In this document: one piece after another, positions 8,832-17,862 of the stretch | Numbering within the stretch: the stretch's first letter is position 1 | Layout: the number at the start of each line of letters is the position of its first letter | IMG/VR virus record: IMGVR_UViG_3300037566_000016 | Span: 1-35,291 of that record | Reading direction: 5' to 3' (one strand) | DNA from: a virus | Taxonomy: Duplodnaviria; Caudoviricetes | Length of the DNA: 35,291 nucleotides | The notes under the pieces: generated by a model | Told to the model about the DNA's origin: nothing | What the model saw: only the letters and a program-made list of their open reading frames with translations | The model's database searches: none | Made by a program: the position numbers and the translations under genes

Positions 8832-8887
8832 AGCACAAAGAACCCGCCCACAAAGCACCTGCCCTGAAAGCTGAAAGGAAAAAGCAC

Positions 8888-9913
8888 ATGGCATTGAATC
8901 CCGCACTTCGCAAAATGGTCTCTTCCGCGAAGAACAAATACAAGAATTCGGGTGGCGACACCGTCAAACCGAAAGAAGGCCGCAACACTTTCCGCATCAT
9001 TGCTCCGACACCTGAACAGGCATCCTGGGTTCCCGCCAGCGGCCAGTTCTGGGCTGATCTTGGCGTTCACTGGATCAAAGCTGACGAGGCTGGCAAGCCC
9101 ATCGCAGTGATCGGCGATACCGAGATCGTTCACCAGCGCCCGTCGGTGATCAGCACCGCGATCGGCATGGCGATCGAGAGCGCAATGGATGAAACGACCA
9201 AAAAGCTCTACGAAAGCTGGCAGTCGCGTAAGTCCATCCTGGTCAACGCAATCGACCGCGCGAGCAACGAAGTTGTGGTGCTGGAACTGACACCGACGAC
9301 CTTCGGTAAGTTCTTGGAACTGTATGAAATTTACGCAGACGCTGGTCAGGATATCGGCGACATCAACTCCGGTATCGATGTTGTTCTGACCCGTGAAGGC
9401 AAAGGCCTGAACACCAAATATGATCTGCAAGCAGCGCCGGGCGTGTCCCAGCCTGTGACGCCGGATCAGTTGGCCGCCTGTAAGAACCTGCAGGAGTTCA
9501 TCGAATCCAAGTTCTTCCGTGGCGAAGAACAGAAGGCGCTGAATGCAATCGCTCAGATTGCCGGTGTTGCTGTTCCCGCCCTGCCCGGCGCTTCTGGTGT
9601 TTCGACCCCGACTGCCGCTCTGACTTCTGATGCAGCATCGGTTGCGCCCGCCGCTCCCGCGCCTGCTGCCGCCGCTCCTGCTGTAGACCCGGAAGCCGAA
9701 GCGCGCAAACAGGCTGCATTGGCTGCACAGCAAGCCGCTGCCGCACAGGCCGCAGCACCTGCGCCTACTCCGACCCCGGCTCCTGCCGCCGCTGCTCCGG
9801 CTGTTGACCCGACCCCTGCGCCTGCCGCAGCTCCGGTTGACACTGGCACCGGTCTGGACAAGTCGGAAGAGGATGCTCTGCTGGCCGAGCTGGACTCGCT
9901 CACCAACATCTAA
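8888..9913 (+). CDS. gp32-like single-stranded DNA-binding protein
   Basis: KPKEGRNTFRII...FWADLGVHW...GIDVVLTREGKGLNTKYDL resembles phage gp32-type SSBs; Ala/Pro linker, acidic C-terminal tail, strongly biased codon use. Confidence 0.65.
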   Translation: MALNPALRKMVSSAKNKYKNSGGDTVKPKEGRNTFRIIAPTPEQASWVPASGQFWADLGVHWIKADEAGKPIAVIGDTEIVHQRPSVISTAIGMAIESAMDETTKKLYESWQSRKSILVNAIDRASNEVVVLELTPTTFGKFLELYEIYADAGQDIGDINSGIDVVLTREGKGLNTKYDLQAAPGVSQPVTPDQLAACKNLQEFIESKFFRGEEQKALNAIAQIAGVAVPALPGASGVSTPTAALTSDAASVAPAAPAPAAAAPAVDPEAEARKQAALAAQQAAAAQAAAPAPTPTPAPAAAAPAVDPTPAPAAAPVDTGTGLDKSEEDALLAELDSLTNI

Positions 9914-9993
9914 TGCCGCCCACCCTCGGGGCGTCATAAGAACCATCGTCGCGGATGGTGAGACTGCCGGGAGAAAGCACACTCCCGGCAGTC
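9913..9993 (+). other. Three tandem stem-loops downstream of SSB
   Basis: 9913-9937 (imperfect), 9942-9959 ACCATC/GATGGT, 9962-9993 GACTGCCGGGAG-AAAGCACA-CTCCCGGCAGTC. Confidence 0.7.
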
Positions 9994-10061
9994 ACAAGCC
10001 GAAATTTCCTGTGAACGGCGCCAAAATCCGAGCCCTTCTCACGAGAATTCAAGAGGTTATC

Positions 10062-11003
10062 ATGCCCAATTACTTCATCATCGATGGCAACTCGCTTGGC
10101 CATTTCTCTAACAATGGTCCGAAACTGTCGCTCGGTGAGATGCCGGTTCAGGCGATCTACAACTTCCTGCGCAATCTGCGCTCCGCAATGGGGCTCTACC
10201 AGATGTATCAGCCCGTGGTGCTCTGGGATGGCGCGTCCTGGCGCAAGACCATGTTCACCGAATACAAAGCGAACCGCGACAAGGTTGAGACGATCCACGA
10301 ACGCCGGGCTGCTGCGGCCAAGGATGACTATAAACGCCAGATGCCGCTGATTAAGAAGGGGCTGCAACTGCTTGGCGTGCCGCAGGTTTTCGCAATCAAC
10401 ATGGAAGCTGACGATCTCGGCGCGATCCTGGCTGATCGATACTCCGCGCAGGGTCGCGTCGTGCTCTGGACAGGCGACAAAGACTGGATTCAACTGGTCG
10501 GCCCGAATGTCGTCTGGCGCGACTTCGCCAACAAGCGCACCATCACCGAGAAGAACTTCGAGGAGATGACCGGCGTCAAAACCCCTCGGCAGTTTGTCGA
10601 GGTCAAAGGTCTGTCAGGTGACAGCGGCGACAACATCCCGGGCGTCGGTGGCATCGGTGAGAAAGGCGCAAAGGATTTTCTCAACAAATACGGATCGTTC
10701 AACGACTTCCTTAACATGGTCTGCATCGAAAAATCCGTCGATTACGCCAAGCTGCCCAAGAAGCTGAAGGCGCTGGTGGATGACGAGCAGAAGGCGATCG
10801 ATTTTGACCGTAATCTCAAACTGATGGACCTGCGCACGCCCGAGCGTCCCGCGCCCATCAATCTCAGCGTCGATAAAGGCACTCCGAACCAGGAACTGTT
10901 CCGGGTGTTCTGTGACCGCCTGCTGTTCAGCTCCATCACCAAGGATCTGGATGAGTGGATCAGGGTCTTTCCGCAGTTTCAACAAATGGAGGTAGCCGCA
11001 TGA
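10062..11003 (+). CDS. 5'-3' exonuclease / flap endonuclease (T4 RNase H, PolI N-terminal family)
   Basis: IIDGNSL, VLWDG, YKANR, EADDL, TGDKDWIQL, LSGDSGDNIPGVGGIGEKGA; start at ATG 10062 with RBS GAGG. Confidence 0.93.
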   Translation: MPNYFIIDGNSLGHFSNNGPKLSLGEMPVQAIYNFLRNLRSAMGLYQMYQPVVLWDGASWRKTMFTEYKANRDKVETIHERRAAAAKDDYKRQMPLIKKGLQLLGVPQVFAINMEADDLGAILADRYSAQGRVVLWTGDKDWIQLVGPNVVWRDFANKRTITEKNFEEMTGVKTPRQFVEVKGLSGDSGDNIPGVGGIGEKGAKDFLNKYGSFNDFLNMVCIEKSVDYAKLPKKLKALVDDEQKAIDFDRNLKLMDLRTPERPAPINLSVDKGTPNQELFRVFCDRLLFSSITKDLDEWIRVFPQFQQMEVAA

Positions 11004-11245
11004 GCACCCTCAAAGAACGCATGACGGAGCTGATGCTTCAAAGGCGAACGGCTGCAGAGATGGAGGAGTTTGTCGTGAAGGGACTAAAGCCCTTCTACGA
11101 TGCTTTTCAGAATGACGAACGCTCGCCCGAGATCATCCGAAAGATGCGCGTTTACATGTCATCCAAATCAGACGCCAAAAACTGGCGCCAAGAGGCCGAA
11201 GACCTTGAGGCGTTGATCAAACTTATCCCGGAGAGTGAAACATGA
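11000..11245 (+). CDS. Hypothetical protein
   Basis: ATGA overlap with upstream stop, RBS GGAGG; 81 aa. Confidence 0.7.
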   Translation: MSTLKERMTELMLQRRTAAEMEEFVVKGLKPFYDAFQNDERSPEIIRKMRVYMSSKSDAKNWRQEAEDLEALIKLIPESET

Positions 11246-11385
11246 GCGCCCGAGAATTCTTCCGTCGTAACTTCTTACCGGCTGAGACTGCCGGTCGCAG
11301 CCTTTTCAACGGTCTGTTGTTTGGCATCACGACCGTTGGACTGGTGTTCGCTATCGCTACCCTTCTGAAAAATCTCGTAAACTAA
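11242..11385 (+). CDS. Small single-TM membrane protein (47 aa, absent from the ORF track)
   Basis: ATGA overlap, RBS GGAGAG; MSAREFFRRNFLPAETAGRSLFNGLLFGITTVGLVFAIATLLKNLVN; stop overlaps the recA RBS. Confidence 0.7.
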   Translation: MSAREFFRRNFLPAETAGRSLFNGLLFGITTVGLVFAIATLLKNLVN

Positions 11386-11394
11386 GGAGATATT

Positions 11395-12471
11395 ATGTCC
11401 AAACCCGAAGATATCGCAGCCGCCCTGGCTAGTGCCATTGGTGGCAATGACGAGGAAAGCACCGTCTCGCACTACCTGGACACCGGCTTTCCGCCGCTGA
11501 ATTTCGCCCTGTCCTCGAACTGGAACAAAGGCCTGCCCGTTGGTCGCATCGTTGAGATCGCCGGGCCGCCCTCCTCCGGTAAAACCGCGATTGCCACACG
11601 CGCTATGGCGGCCTGTCAGGCGCAAGGCGGTGTTGCTGGCTTCATGGATCACGAACGCTCGTTCTCGGTGCGTCTGGCGCCCCAGCTGGGTCTGGACGTG
11701 ACGCCCGGCCGGTTTGTGTTCAAGAAGCCCAAGACCTTCGAGGACTCCGTTGCGATCTTCCACACCGCTGTTAAGGCGATCCGTGATAAGAAGCTGATCG
11801 ACAAAGATGCGCCGATCTGCTGGGTCTTTGACAGTCTGGCCGCGATGGTGCCGCAGTCTGTGTTGTATGACACCAAAACCGGCAAAGAGCGCACCGCCGA
11901 AGACCGCAATATGAACGATAACACCGCACTGGCCCGGGCCACATCGGCGCATTTCCCTTCAATCGCCATGATTGCCGAGGAATACAATGTCTGCGTGATC
12001 TTCCTGAATCAGCTCCGGACCAAGATTGGCGTCATGTTCGGCGATCCGCGCAAGACCACAGGTGGTGACAGCGCAGCCTATTACTTCTCGCAGCGGATCT
12101 GGCTTGGCTCGTCGCAGGTGAAGAAGGGCAAGGAGATCGTCGGCACCGAGGTCACCGGCAAGCTGGTCAAGAACAAGGTCGCTCGACCCTTCCTCGAAGC
12201 CAAATGGCGCTTCATGTTCCAGAAGGATGGCACCGGTCGCTTTGATGCTGAGCGGTCGCTGATCGACTTCCTCGAAGCTGAAGGCTGCCTGCCGAAAGGT
12301 CGCCCGGGTTATGTGGAATGGGAGGGCAAGCAGGTGTCACGCGACAACCTGGCTGATCTGATCCGCAACGAAGGTCCGACCGGCTTTGATAAGCTGAAAG
12401 CCCTGCTGCCGCCGTCCTATGAGCCGGAAGTGGTTGCTTTCGTTGAGGGAGTTGAGGGCGAAGCCGCTTAA
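11395..12471 (+). CDS. recA: RecA/UvsX-family recombinase
   Basis: GLPVGRIVEIAGPPSSGKT, FMDHE, VFDSLAAMVP, IFLNQLRTKIGVMFGDPRKTTGG, VKNKVARPF. Confidence 0.95.
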   Translation: MSKPEDIAAALASAIGGNDEESTVSHYLDTGFPPLNFALSSNWNKGLPVGRIVEIAGPPSSGKTAIATRAMAACQAQGGVAGFMDHERSFSVRLAPQLGLDVTPGRFVFKKPKTFEDSVAIFHTAVKAIRDKKLIDKDAPICWVFDSLAAMVPQSVLYDTKTGKERTAEDRNMNDNTALARATSAHFPSIAMIAEEYNVCVIFLNQLRTKIGVMFGDPRKTTGGDSAAYYFSQRIWLGSSQVKKGKEIVGTEVTGKLVKNKVARPFLEAKWRFMFQKDGTGRFDAERSLIDFLEAEGCLPKGRPGYVEWEGKQVSRDNLADLIRNEGPTGFDKLKALLPPSYEPEVVAFVEGVEGEAA

Positions 12472-12529
12472 CCCCTTGATCTTCCCGAGTCCTGCTCTGC
12501 TATAATAGAAGGAGTAGCAGAGCAGGACT
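12470..12529 (+). promoter_or_regulatory. Phage-type promoter inside a perfect 15-bp inverted repeat covering the ASCH RBS
   Basis: AACCCC(12470)/CTTCCC(12481)-N12-GCTATAAT(12499); AGTCCTGCTCTGCTA(12488-12502) and TAGCAGAGCAGGACT(12515-12529). Confidence 0.8.
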
Positions 12530-12532
12530 ATC

Positions 12533-13054
12533 ATGAAGGTCATTTCAATTTGGCAGCCGTTTGCATCTCTGATCGTTGAGGGCTGCAAGATTTTCGAAAC
12601 AAGAGGATGGCCGGCACCGGCCTCCGTCATCGGCACCAGAATTGGCATTGCCGCCACGAAGAACATCGTTCCCGGCCAGCGATCCCATTGCGAGGACGAG
12701 GATTTCAAGAGGTTCTACGCGCGCACAGGACTGCCTGACTGGAAGGAACTGCCGCGAGGCGTTCTGCTGGGCACCGTCAAGATCGACAGTGTGGAGCTGA
12801 TGACAGAGGAGCTGATGGAAGATGTCTCTGCTGAGGAACAATCATACGGTTGGTGGGAGCCTGGCAACTTCGCCTGGCGTCTGACCGAACGCCACAAGTT
12901 CCTGGAGCCTATTCCGATCAGAGGTATGCAAGGTCTCTTCGAATGGAAAGGCACATTGCCCGATGTCGAAAGAGTTTACGAGGCTCAAGAAGAAAGCCAA
13001 GAAATTGATCCGCGGCGGTCGCACGAAGCGGAGATTATACGGGGGTATTTTTAA
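12533..13054 (+). CDS. ASCH (ASC-1 homology) domain protein
   Basis: ISIWQPFASLIVEGCKIFETRGW, LPRGVLLGTV, FAWRL, PIPIRGMQGLFEW. Confidence 0.88.
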   Translation: MKVISIWQPFASLIVEGCKIFETRGWPAPASVIGTRIGIAATKNIVPGQRSHCEDEDFKRFYARTGLPDWKELPRGVLLGTVKIDSVELMTEELMEDVSAEEQSYGWWEPGNFAWRLTERHKFLEPIPIRGMQGLFEWKGTLPDVERVYEAQEESQEIDPRRSHEAEIIRGYF

Positions 13055-13382
13055 GCTCCCTAGTGGTCGGGAGGTCTATCTGGCCTTCCGGTTTCGCAAG
13101 GAGATCTTCCGCTCCGGCGAAAAGAACATCAGTGAGGCGCATGACAAAGGCATTGCATGCTGGGCGATCGACCGCGACACCCTGCTGGAGATGCGCCGCG
13201 AACAGGTCTTGTTGATCGGCGTCTACTGCCGGGATGACGACGAGATTTACATTACCCATTACGATAATTTCTTCGATAAGAAGAAGGCTAACGTGAAGAA
13301 CTATGAGCAGCGCGGCGGCACGCTCCAGATGTATCTTCCCATCCAGCATTTCGCAAAATCAGGAAACAGCATCGCCGCTTGA
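12963..13382 (+). CDS. Hypothetical phage protein
   Basis: 139-aa ORF ending just before the next promoter; overlaps the ASCH 3' end by 92 nt, so the start is uncertain. Confidence 0.7.
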   Translation: MSKEFTRLKKKAKKLIRGGRTKRRLYGGIFKLPSGREVYLAFRFRKEIFRSGEKNISEAHDKGIACWAIDRDTLLEMRREQVLLIGVYCRDDDEIYITHYDNFFDKKKANVKNYEQRGGTLQMYLPIQHFAKSGNSIAA

Positions 13383-13438
13383 TAACCCAAGCGCAACCCG
13401 ATGAGCGACGTGCTATAAAGTAAGTAAGCGATTACTTG
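13383..13438 (+). promoter_or_regulatory. Phage-type promoter plus operator
   Basis: TAACCC(13383)/CAACCC(13394)-N12-GCTATAAAG then TAAGTAAG-CG-ATTACTTG (13421-13438). Confidence 0.85.
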
Positions 13439-13449
13439 AGGGATCAAAA

Positions 13450-14322
13450 ATGAACGCAATGTCAAAGATCAAATCCGACATCGTTGTTGAACAGATGGCG
13501 GTTGGAGATTTCATTTCCATTCAGGATCACCCGAAACAGCGTGATACCGAAGGGCGTCTGGAGAAAGCCGTAAGGAGACACCTGAATGCGTTCTCTCCAG
13601 CTCAGGCTTCCGTTTCCGTGGTTGAATTCAATGGCGTTCGCTACAAAGCAGATGGTCATACTCGCTCTCTTGCATGGTCTCGCAACCTTTTGATCAGGCC
13701 CGACATTCTCCACGTCACGGTGTATAAATGTGCGTCGATGGAAGAGCTTCTGGCGCTCTATGATACATTCGACAATAAGGATGCGACCGAGACGACACCC
13801 GACAAGGTGTCCGGCGCGTTGCGGTTGGTGGGCTTCACGCCACGCAGTTCTCTCTTGCAGCAGTATCGCTTCGCTTCGGCGCTCCGTATGGCGTCACGCG
13901 GCTTTAGTGGCGAGACCACTGATATCTGCCAGAATGTTGCGACATTTGAGCCGGAGTTGCGGAAGATCGACTCCTTCGACTTTCACGCTAATGCGCTGAA
14001 AGTCGGCGTTCTTGCCGGTTTGATCATGCTGATCCGAAAGCACGGCAGCAAGGTTGATCCGTTTATTCAGGCGGTCAAGAACGACTCCGGCTCCAAATGG
14101 GCCGGCGGCTGTGATGGCGCATTCGCCCTGTCGGATCTGCTACTGCGCCTGGCGGCCCAGAAGAAGGGTCGCGGTGGTAATAGTATGACGCTGGATTTGG
14201 CTGCAAAAACAATCTCCTGTGGCGAGCGTTTCATGTCCAACAGTCACTATACGGTCAGCCCGAAGGGCGTTTCGGTGAAGCCGACCAAGGTTAATGGATA
14301 TCTGAAGGGAGGTAAAAAGTAA
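13450..14322 (+). CDS. ParB/DGQHR-like N-terminal domain protein
   Basis: HPKQRD...VSVVEFNGVRYKADGHTR resembles the ParB/Srx DGxHR motif; more AT-rich codons than neighbours. Confidence 0.55.
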   Translation: MNAMSKIKSDIVVEQMAVGDFISIQDHPKQRDTEGRLEKAVRRHLNAFSPAQASVSVVEFNGVRYKADGHTRSLAWSRNLLIRPDILHVTVYKCASMEELLALYDTFDNKDATETTPDKVSGALRLVGFTPRSSLLQQYRFASALRMASRGFSGETTDICQNVATFEPELRKIDSFDFHANALKVGVLAGLIMLIRKHGSKVDPFIQAVKNDSGSKWAGGCDGAFALSDLLLRLAAQKKGRGGNSMTLDLAAKTISCGERFMSNSHYTVSPKGVSVKPTKVNGYLKGGKK

Positions 14323-15422
14323 TGAAGGCAGCAATCACAGCCGACATTCACTTCCACCCGTGGACGGTCTTTGCAGGGGTGAACGCGGATGGCGTGAACT
14401 CGCGCCTCCAAATCACCATCGATGAAACGCGCCGGGCTGCGCAACAGGTCTTGGCCGAAGGTGGTAAAACCATGATCATCTCCGGCGACGTGTTTCACGC
14501 GCGCGGCTCGATCGACCCCGAGGTTCTGAACCCGGTGCGCGACGTGACTGAGGAGATCCTGGCAATGGGGGTGGATATCTACATCATCCCTGGAAACCAC
14601 GATCTTAAATCCAACGACACAAGCCGCCTGTCGAGCGCTGTGCAGAACCTCGAACAGATCTCCATCTCTGGCGGCCAGGTCACGGTGATGAACGAGGTGA
14701 CGCCGGTCAAGATGGAAGATGGCTACTTTGGCTTTGTGCCGTGGCGCCACAACACCGAAGCGCTGCTGGAAGATCTGGCGAAGCTGGCCAAGCATCCAAA
14801 TGCTGCGGACATGCACGTTTTCATCCACGCTGGCATCGATGGTGTGCTGTCTGGCATTCCCGGGCATGGCCTGACCGCCGCAAAGCTCTCCTCATACGGC
14901 TTTGCAGGTGTCTATGCCGGTCACTATCACAACCACGCCGATATGAGCGCTGGTCTGCCGAACCGGGTTATGTCCATCGGCGCACCGACGCATCAGAACT
15001 GGGGTGATGTCGGCACACAGGCAGGCTTCCTGATCCTGGACACGGACGCAAACACCGTGACCTTCCACGACACCGCCGCGCCCAAATTCATCGACATCTC
15101 CGGGATGAGCGAACTGGATATGGAGATTGAATCCGCCGGCAACTACGTGCGCTTCCGTGGCCCGCAGATGACGCAGGACGATATCAACGAGCTCCGCAAC
15201 CAGCTCAAAGCCTGGGGCGCGCTCGGGGTCTCTATCGAAGTGCCGCGCAAGGTCGAGGCGCTACGCTCCACGGCTCCCGCGACAGGGCTCACGCTGGACC
15301 AGTCCGTGTCCAAATTCGTCGATGAGATGAAGGATGTGCCGGCGCATGTGGATCGGGCCGCCGTGGCGAAGCGGGCGATGGAAGTGCTGAACGAGACCCG
15401 TGCGGTTTCGACGGAGGCGTAG
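14322..15422 (+). CDS. sbcD: SbcD/Mre11-like metallophosphoesterase nuclease
   Basis: ADIH, SGDVFH, PGNHD, FIHAG, AGHYH. Confidence 0.9.
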   Translation: MKAAITADIHFHPWTVFAGVNADGVNSRLQITIDETRRAAQQVLAEGGKTMIISGDVFHARGSIDPEVLNPVRDVTEEILAMGVDIYIIPGNHDLKSNDTSRLSSAVQNLEQISISGGQVTVMNEVTPVKMEDGYFGFVPWRHNTEALLEDLAKLAKHPNAADMHVFIHAGIDGVLSGIPGHGLTAAKLSSYGFAGVYAGHYHNHADMSAGLPNRVMSIGAPTHQNWGDVGTQAGFLILDTDANTVTFHDTAAPKFIDISGMSELDMEIESAGNYVRFRGPQMTQDDINELRNQLKAWGALGVSIEVPRKVEALRSTAPATGLTLDQSVSKFVDEMKDVPAHVDRAAVAKRAMEVLNETRAVSTEA

Positions 15423-15620
15423 ATGAAACTCTTCGTTCGTTGTCCGGACAGGATGGTGTTCGAGGTCGACCGTGAGACGCTCGAACCGAAATCCGTCAGT
15501 TGTTACGACGCCTATTGCTACTCCGATCCGCGAACTGACGTGGAATACATGGAGCAAGGCATCTGGGCGGTTCGGCTCAATGAGATCGAGGATAAGAAGC
15601 GGCAGCGACGATTGTCCTGA
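15423..15620 (+). CDS. Hypothetical protein
   Basis: Abuts the sbcD stop, RBS GGAGG; 65 aa. Confidence 0.65.
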   Translation: MKLFVRCPDRMVFEVDRETLEPKSVSCYDAYCYSDPRTDVEYMEQGIWAVRLNEIEDKKRQRRLS

Positions 15621-15621
15621 A

Positions 15622-15659
15622 CAATCCAGCCGCAACCCTCTCAAGCATCTGATATCTTT
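15622..15659 (+). promoter_or_regulatory. Phage-type promoter without operator
   Basis: CAATCC(15622)/CAACCC(15633)-N12-GATATCTT; same geometry as the other promoters with a variant -10. Confidence 0.6.
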
Positions 15660-15688
15660 AGATATAACAGAACAGACAGGAGACCGTC

Positions 15689-16063
15689 ATGCAGCTTTAT
15701 GACGTGACTTTCACATCCACCAAGCCCATTCGCCGCTACGACAAGGCGGGAAACTGCATCGGTGAAAGCTCGATGGAAACGCCCATCGAGATGACCGGTC
15801 TGACGGAAGCCCAGGCGAAAGCCTATGAAGGCAATCCGGACTTCGAGATGCTGCCGCATCAGCGCGACCGCCATATCCAGAAATCGATCTCTGATCGCTC
15901 CTGGGCCGGTTCTGCAACCAAGAAAGTGATCACCAATCTGAAACCCGTCGAGGACGGCGTGAAGAAAGGCGAGCTGAAACTGATCAACTCCGGAACTGGT
16001 GGTCGCTCGGAAATCGCCAAAGCTGCCCGAACTGGCGATATGGGAGCAGCAATCAATGGTTGA
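15689..16063 (+). CDS. Hypothetical protein
   Basis: RBS AGGAG; 124 aa. Confidence 0.75.
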   Translation: MQLYDVTFTSTKPIRRYDKAGNCIGESSMETPIEMTGLTEAQAKAYEGNPDFEMLPHQRDRHIQKSISDRSWAGSATKKVITNLKPVEDGVKKGELKLINSGTGGRSEIAKAARTGDMGAAING

Positions 16064-16439
16064 TGGCGCGCTGATGAATGAGGTTCTGGCCGGGGAATTT
16101 GCCCCGGCCGAGAAGCCAGGGTTGAAGGATTACCGTATCCGTATTCAAGAAACGGTTTTCTACGAGGTGGTTGAGCAAGCGACCTCGGAAGAGGCTGCGC
16201 GTCAAGAAATCCAACGTCAGTTGGATGAAGATGAGTTCACGCGGGATTTCAGTGAGGTGGACAGCACAGCACTCTCTCTGGAAGAACCTGCGCCCGCATG
16301 GGTGCCTGAAAATCACTGGGACGAGCACGACCATCTCCACGTCGAAGAGTGGATGTATGATGTCGCCTGCCGCAACACCCGTCTGTCGTATGTCGAGTGG
16401 GTCAACAGCCAGTTGGAGAGCGCAGATGAACGCGCATAA
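16056..16439 (+). CDS. Hypothetical acidic protein (DpnD/PcfM-like motif)
   Basis: ATG 16056 with RBS GGGAG; YRIRIQETVFYEVVEQATSEEAA. Confidence 0.6.
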   Translation: MVDGALMNEVLAGEFAPAEKPGLKDYRIRIQETVFYEVVEQATSEEAARQEIQRQLDEDEFTRDFSEVDSTALSLEEPAPAWVPENHWDEHDHLHVEEWMYDVACRNTRLSYVEWVNSQLESADERA

Positions 16440-17862
16440 CCTTCCGGCCCAGCAGATCAGCCTGAATGAGGTGGTTCAGGAATACAACGCGAAGAAAGCT
16501 GGCGGCCAGGTCACGCGCGCGAACCCTGATGGCACACTTCAAGTGGTCGCGGAATACGGCGGCTTGGATGCAATCATTGCGGATTACGAGCGCGTCCATA
16601 CTGATGTAAGCATGGCCTCGACACTTGGCGGCACCTATGTCGGCCGCGCGTTCGACTATCACCCCAGCCTCTCGAAGCGGCGGCTGGAAGAAACTCTGTT
16701 GGAGAGCGCCTGGCGGCACGTCTATAAGGGCTTGCAGATCGATAAGATCGCATCCGCAGGCGATCGATCCCGCTTCGACATGGAGTTGAAGAATCCGCCA
16801 GAGTTCACGCTGGACAATATCCGCGCGACATTCGGGAAATATCTGCTCAATCCGCGCGAAAACATCCTGCGTGGTCTGGCCGAGGTCTTCTGTGATCTGG
16901 ACCAGGCTTACAAGAGCCACAGCAAGGTCAAGATCGGCGTCGAGGGGCTGCCAAAGCGGATCATTCTGAACGGCTTTGGTGAATACAGCTATGGCTCTTA
17001 CGGCCGTGGAAAACTCCGTGACGTGATGAACGCATTGGCGAGCTACACCGGTCGTGAGCACATCCACGACGGGCATATCTCTGACATGGTGCAGGACGCG
17101 CAATCGAACGGCGAACATGAATGGTGGGGCGGACGGCTGAAGGTATTCGGCAACGGCAACGGCCACCTGTTCTTTAACAAGGACACACTGACCGAGATCA
17201 ATAAGGCGCTGGCTGAGTATTATGGCGACGTGCTGCCTGATACGCCGGATGTGGATGCGAAGAAAAAGCCTGGCACAGAGGTCTCCAAGGATCTGCAATA
17301 CTACCCGACGCCGCAAAAGGTGATCGACGAGATCCTATCGCGCCATGTTGGGCTACGCGAGAAAGGCAAAGGGTTGCGGTTCCTGGAGCCGGACTGCGGC
17401 GATGCCCGGATCATGAGCACTGTGAAGGGTCTCTACCCCGAGATCGCATCTGTTGGCGTTGAGGTTCATGGCGGCCGTGCAGATCAGGCGCGCAGTCATG
17501 GTCACAAGGTTCTCACAGCCAACTTTCTGCAGGTCAAACCGAACCCGGTCTACGATCTGATTGTGATGAACCCGCCCTTCTACGGTCTGCATTGGCAGAA
17601 GCACCTGCTGCACGCCATCAAGTTCCTGAATCCGGCGGAAAATGGCCGGGGTCGGCGCGATAGCACCCTTATCTGCATCCTGCCTGCAACCGCCTTCTAT
17701 GACGGTCATCTGGGTGAAATGGGGCTGATCGCCAAAGACGCGCACAAGAAAGAACGTGGATGGCGCGACACAGGCTGGCACGACCTTCCGGTTGGGTCAT
17801 TCGCTGAAAGCGGAACCAACGTGCCGACCGGATACATCGTAACGAGCGGAGAAATGAGATGA
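16426..17862 (+). CDS. DUF4942-like domain plus N6-adenine/N4-cytosine DNA methyltransferase
   Basis: ATG 16426 with RBS GGAGAG; PPEFTLDNIRATF, KVFGNGNGHLFF, QYYPTP, LEPDCG (motif I), VMNPPFY (motif IV), SFAESGTNVPT. Confidence 0.82.
   Translation: MNAHNLPAQQISLNEVVQEYNAKKAGGQVTRANPDGTLQVVAEYGGLDAIIADYERVHTDVSMASTLGGTYVGRAFDYHPSLSKRRLEETLLESAWRHVYKGLQIDKIASAGDRSRFDMELKNPPEFTLDNIRATFGKYLLNPRENILRGLAEVFCDLDQAYKSHSKVKIGVEGLPKRIILNGFGEYSYGSYGRGKLRDVMNALASYTGREHIHDGHISDMVQDAQSNGEHEWWGGRLKVFGNGNGHLFFNKDTLTEINKALAEYYGDVLPDTPDVDAKKKPGTEVSKDLQYYPTPQKVIDEILSRHVGLREKGKGLRFLEPDCGDARIMSTVKGLYPEIASVGVEVHGGRADQARSHGHKVLTANFLQVKPNPVYDLIVMNPPFYGLHWQKHLLHAIKFLNPAENGRGRRDSTLICILPATAFYDGHLGEMGLIAKDAHKKERGWRDTGWHDLPVGSFAESGTNVPTGYIVTSGEMR

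Noticed and set aside
9600-9845. GCN/CCN repeats in SSB as a DNA repeat element
   Set aside because: Protein-level Ala/Pro linker (APAAAAPAVDP) with synonymous divergence
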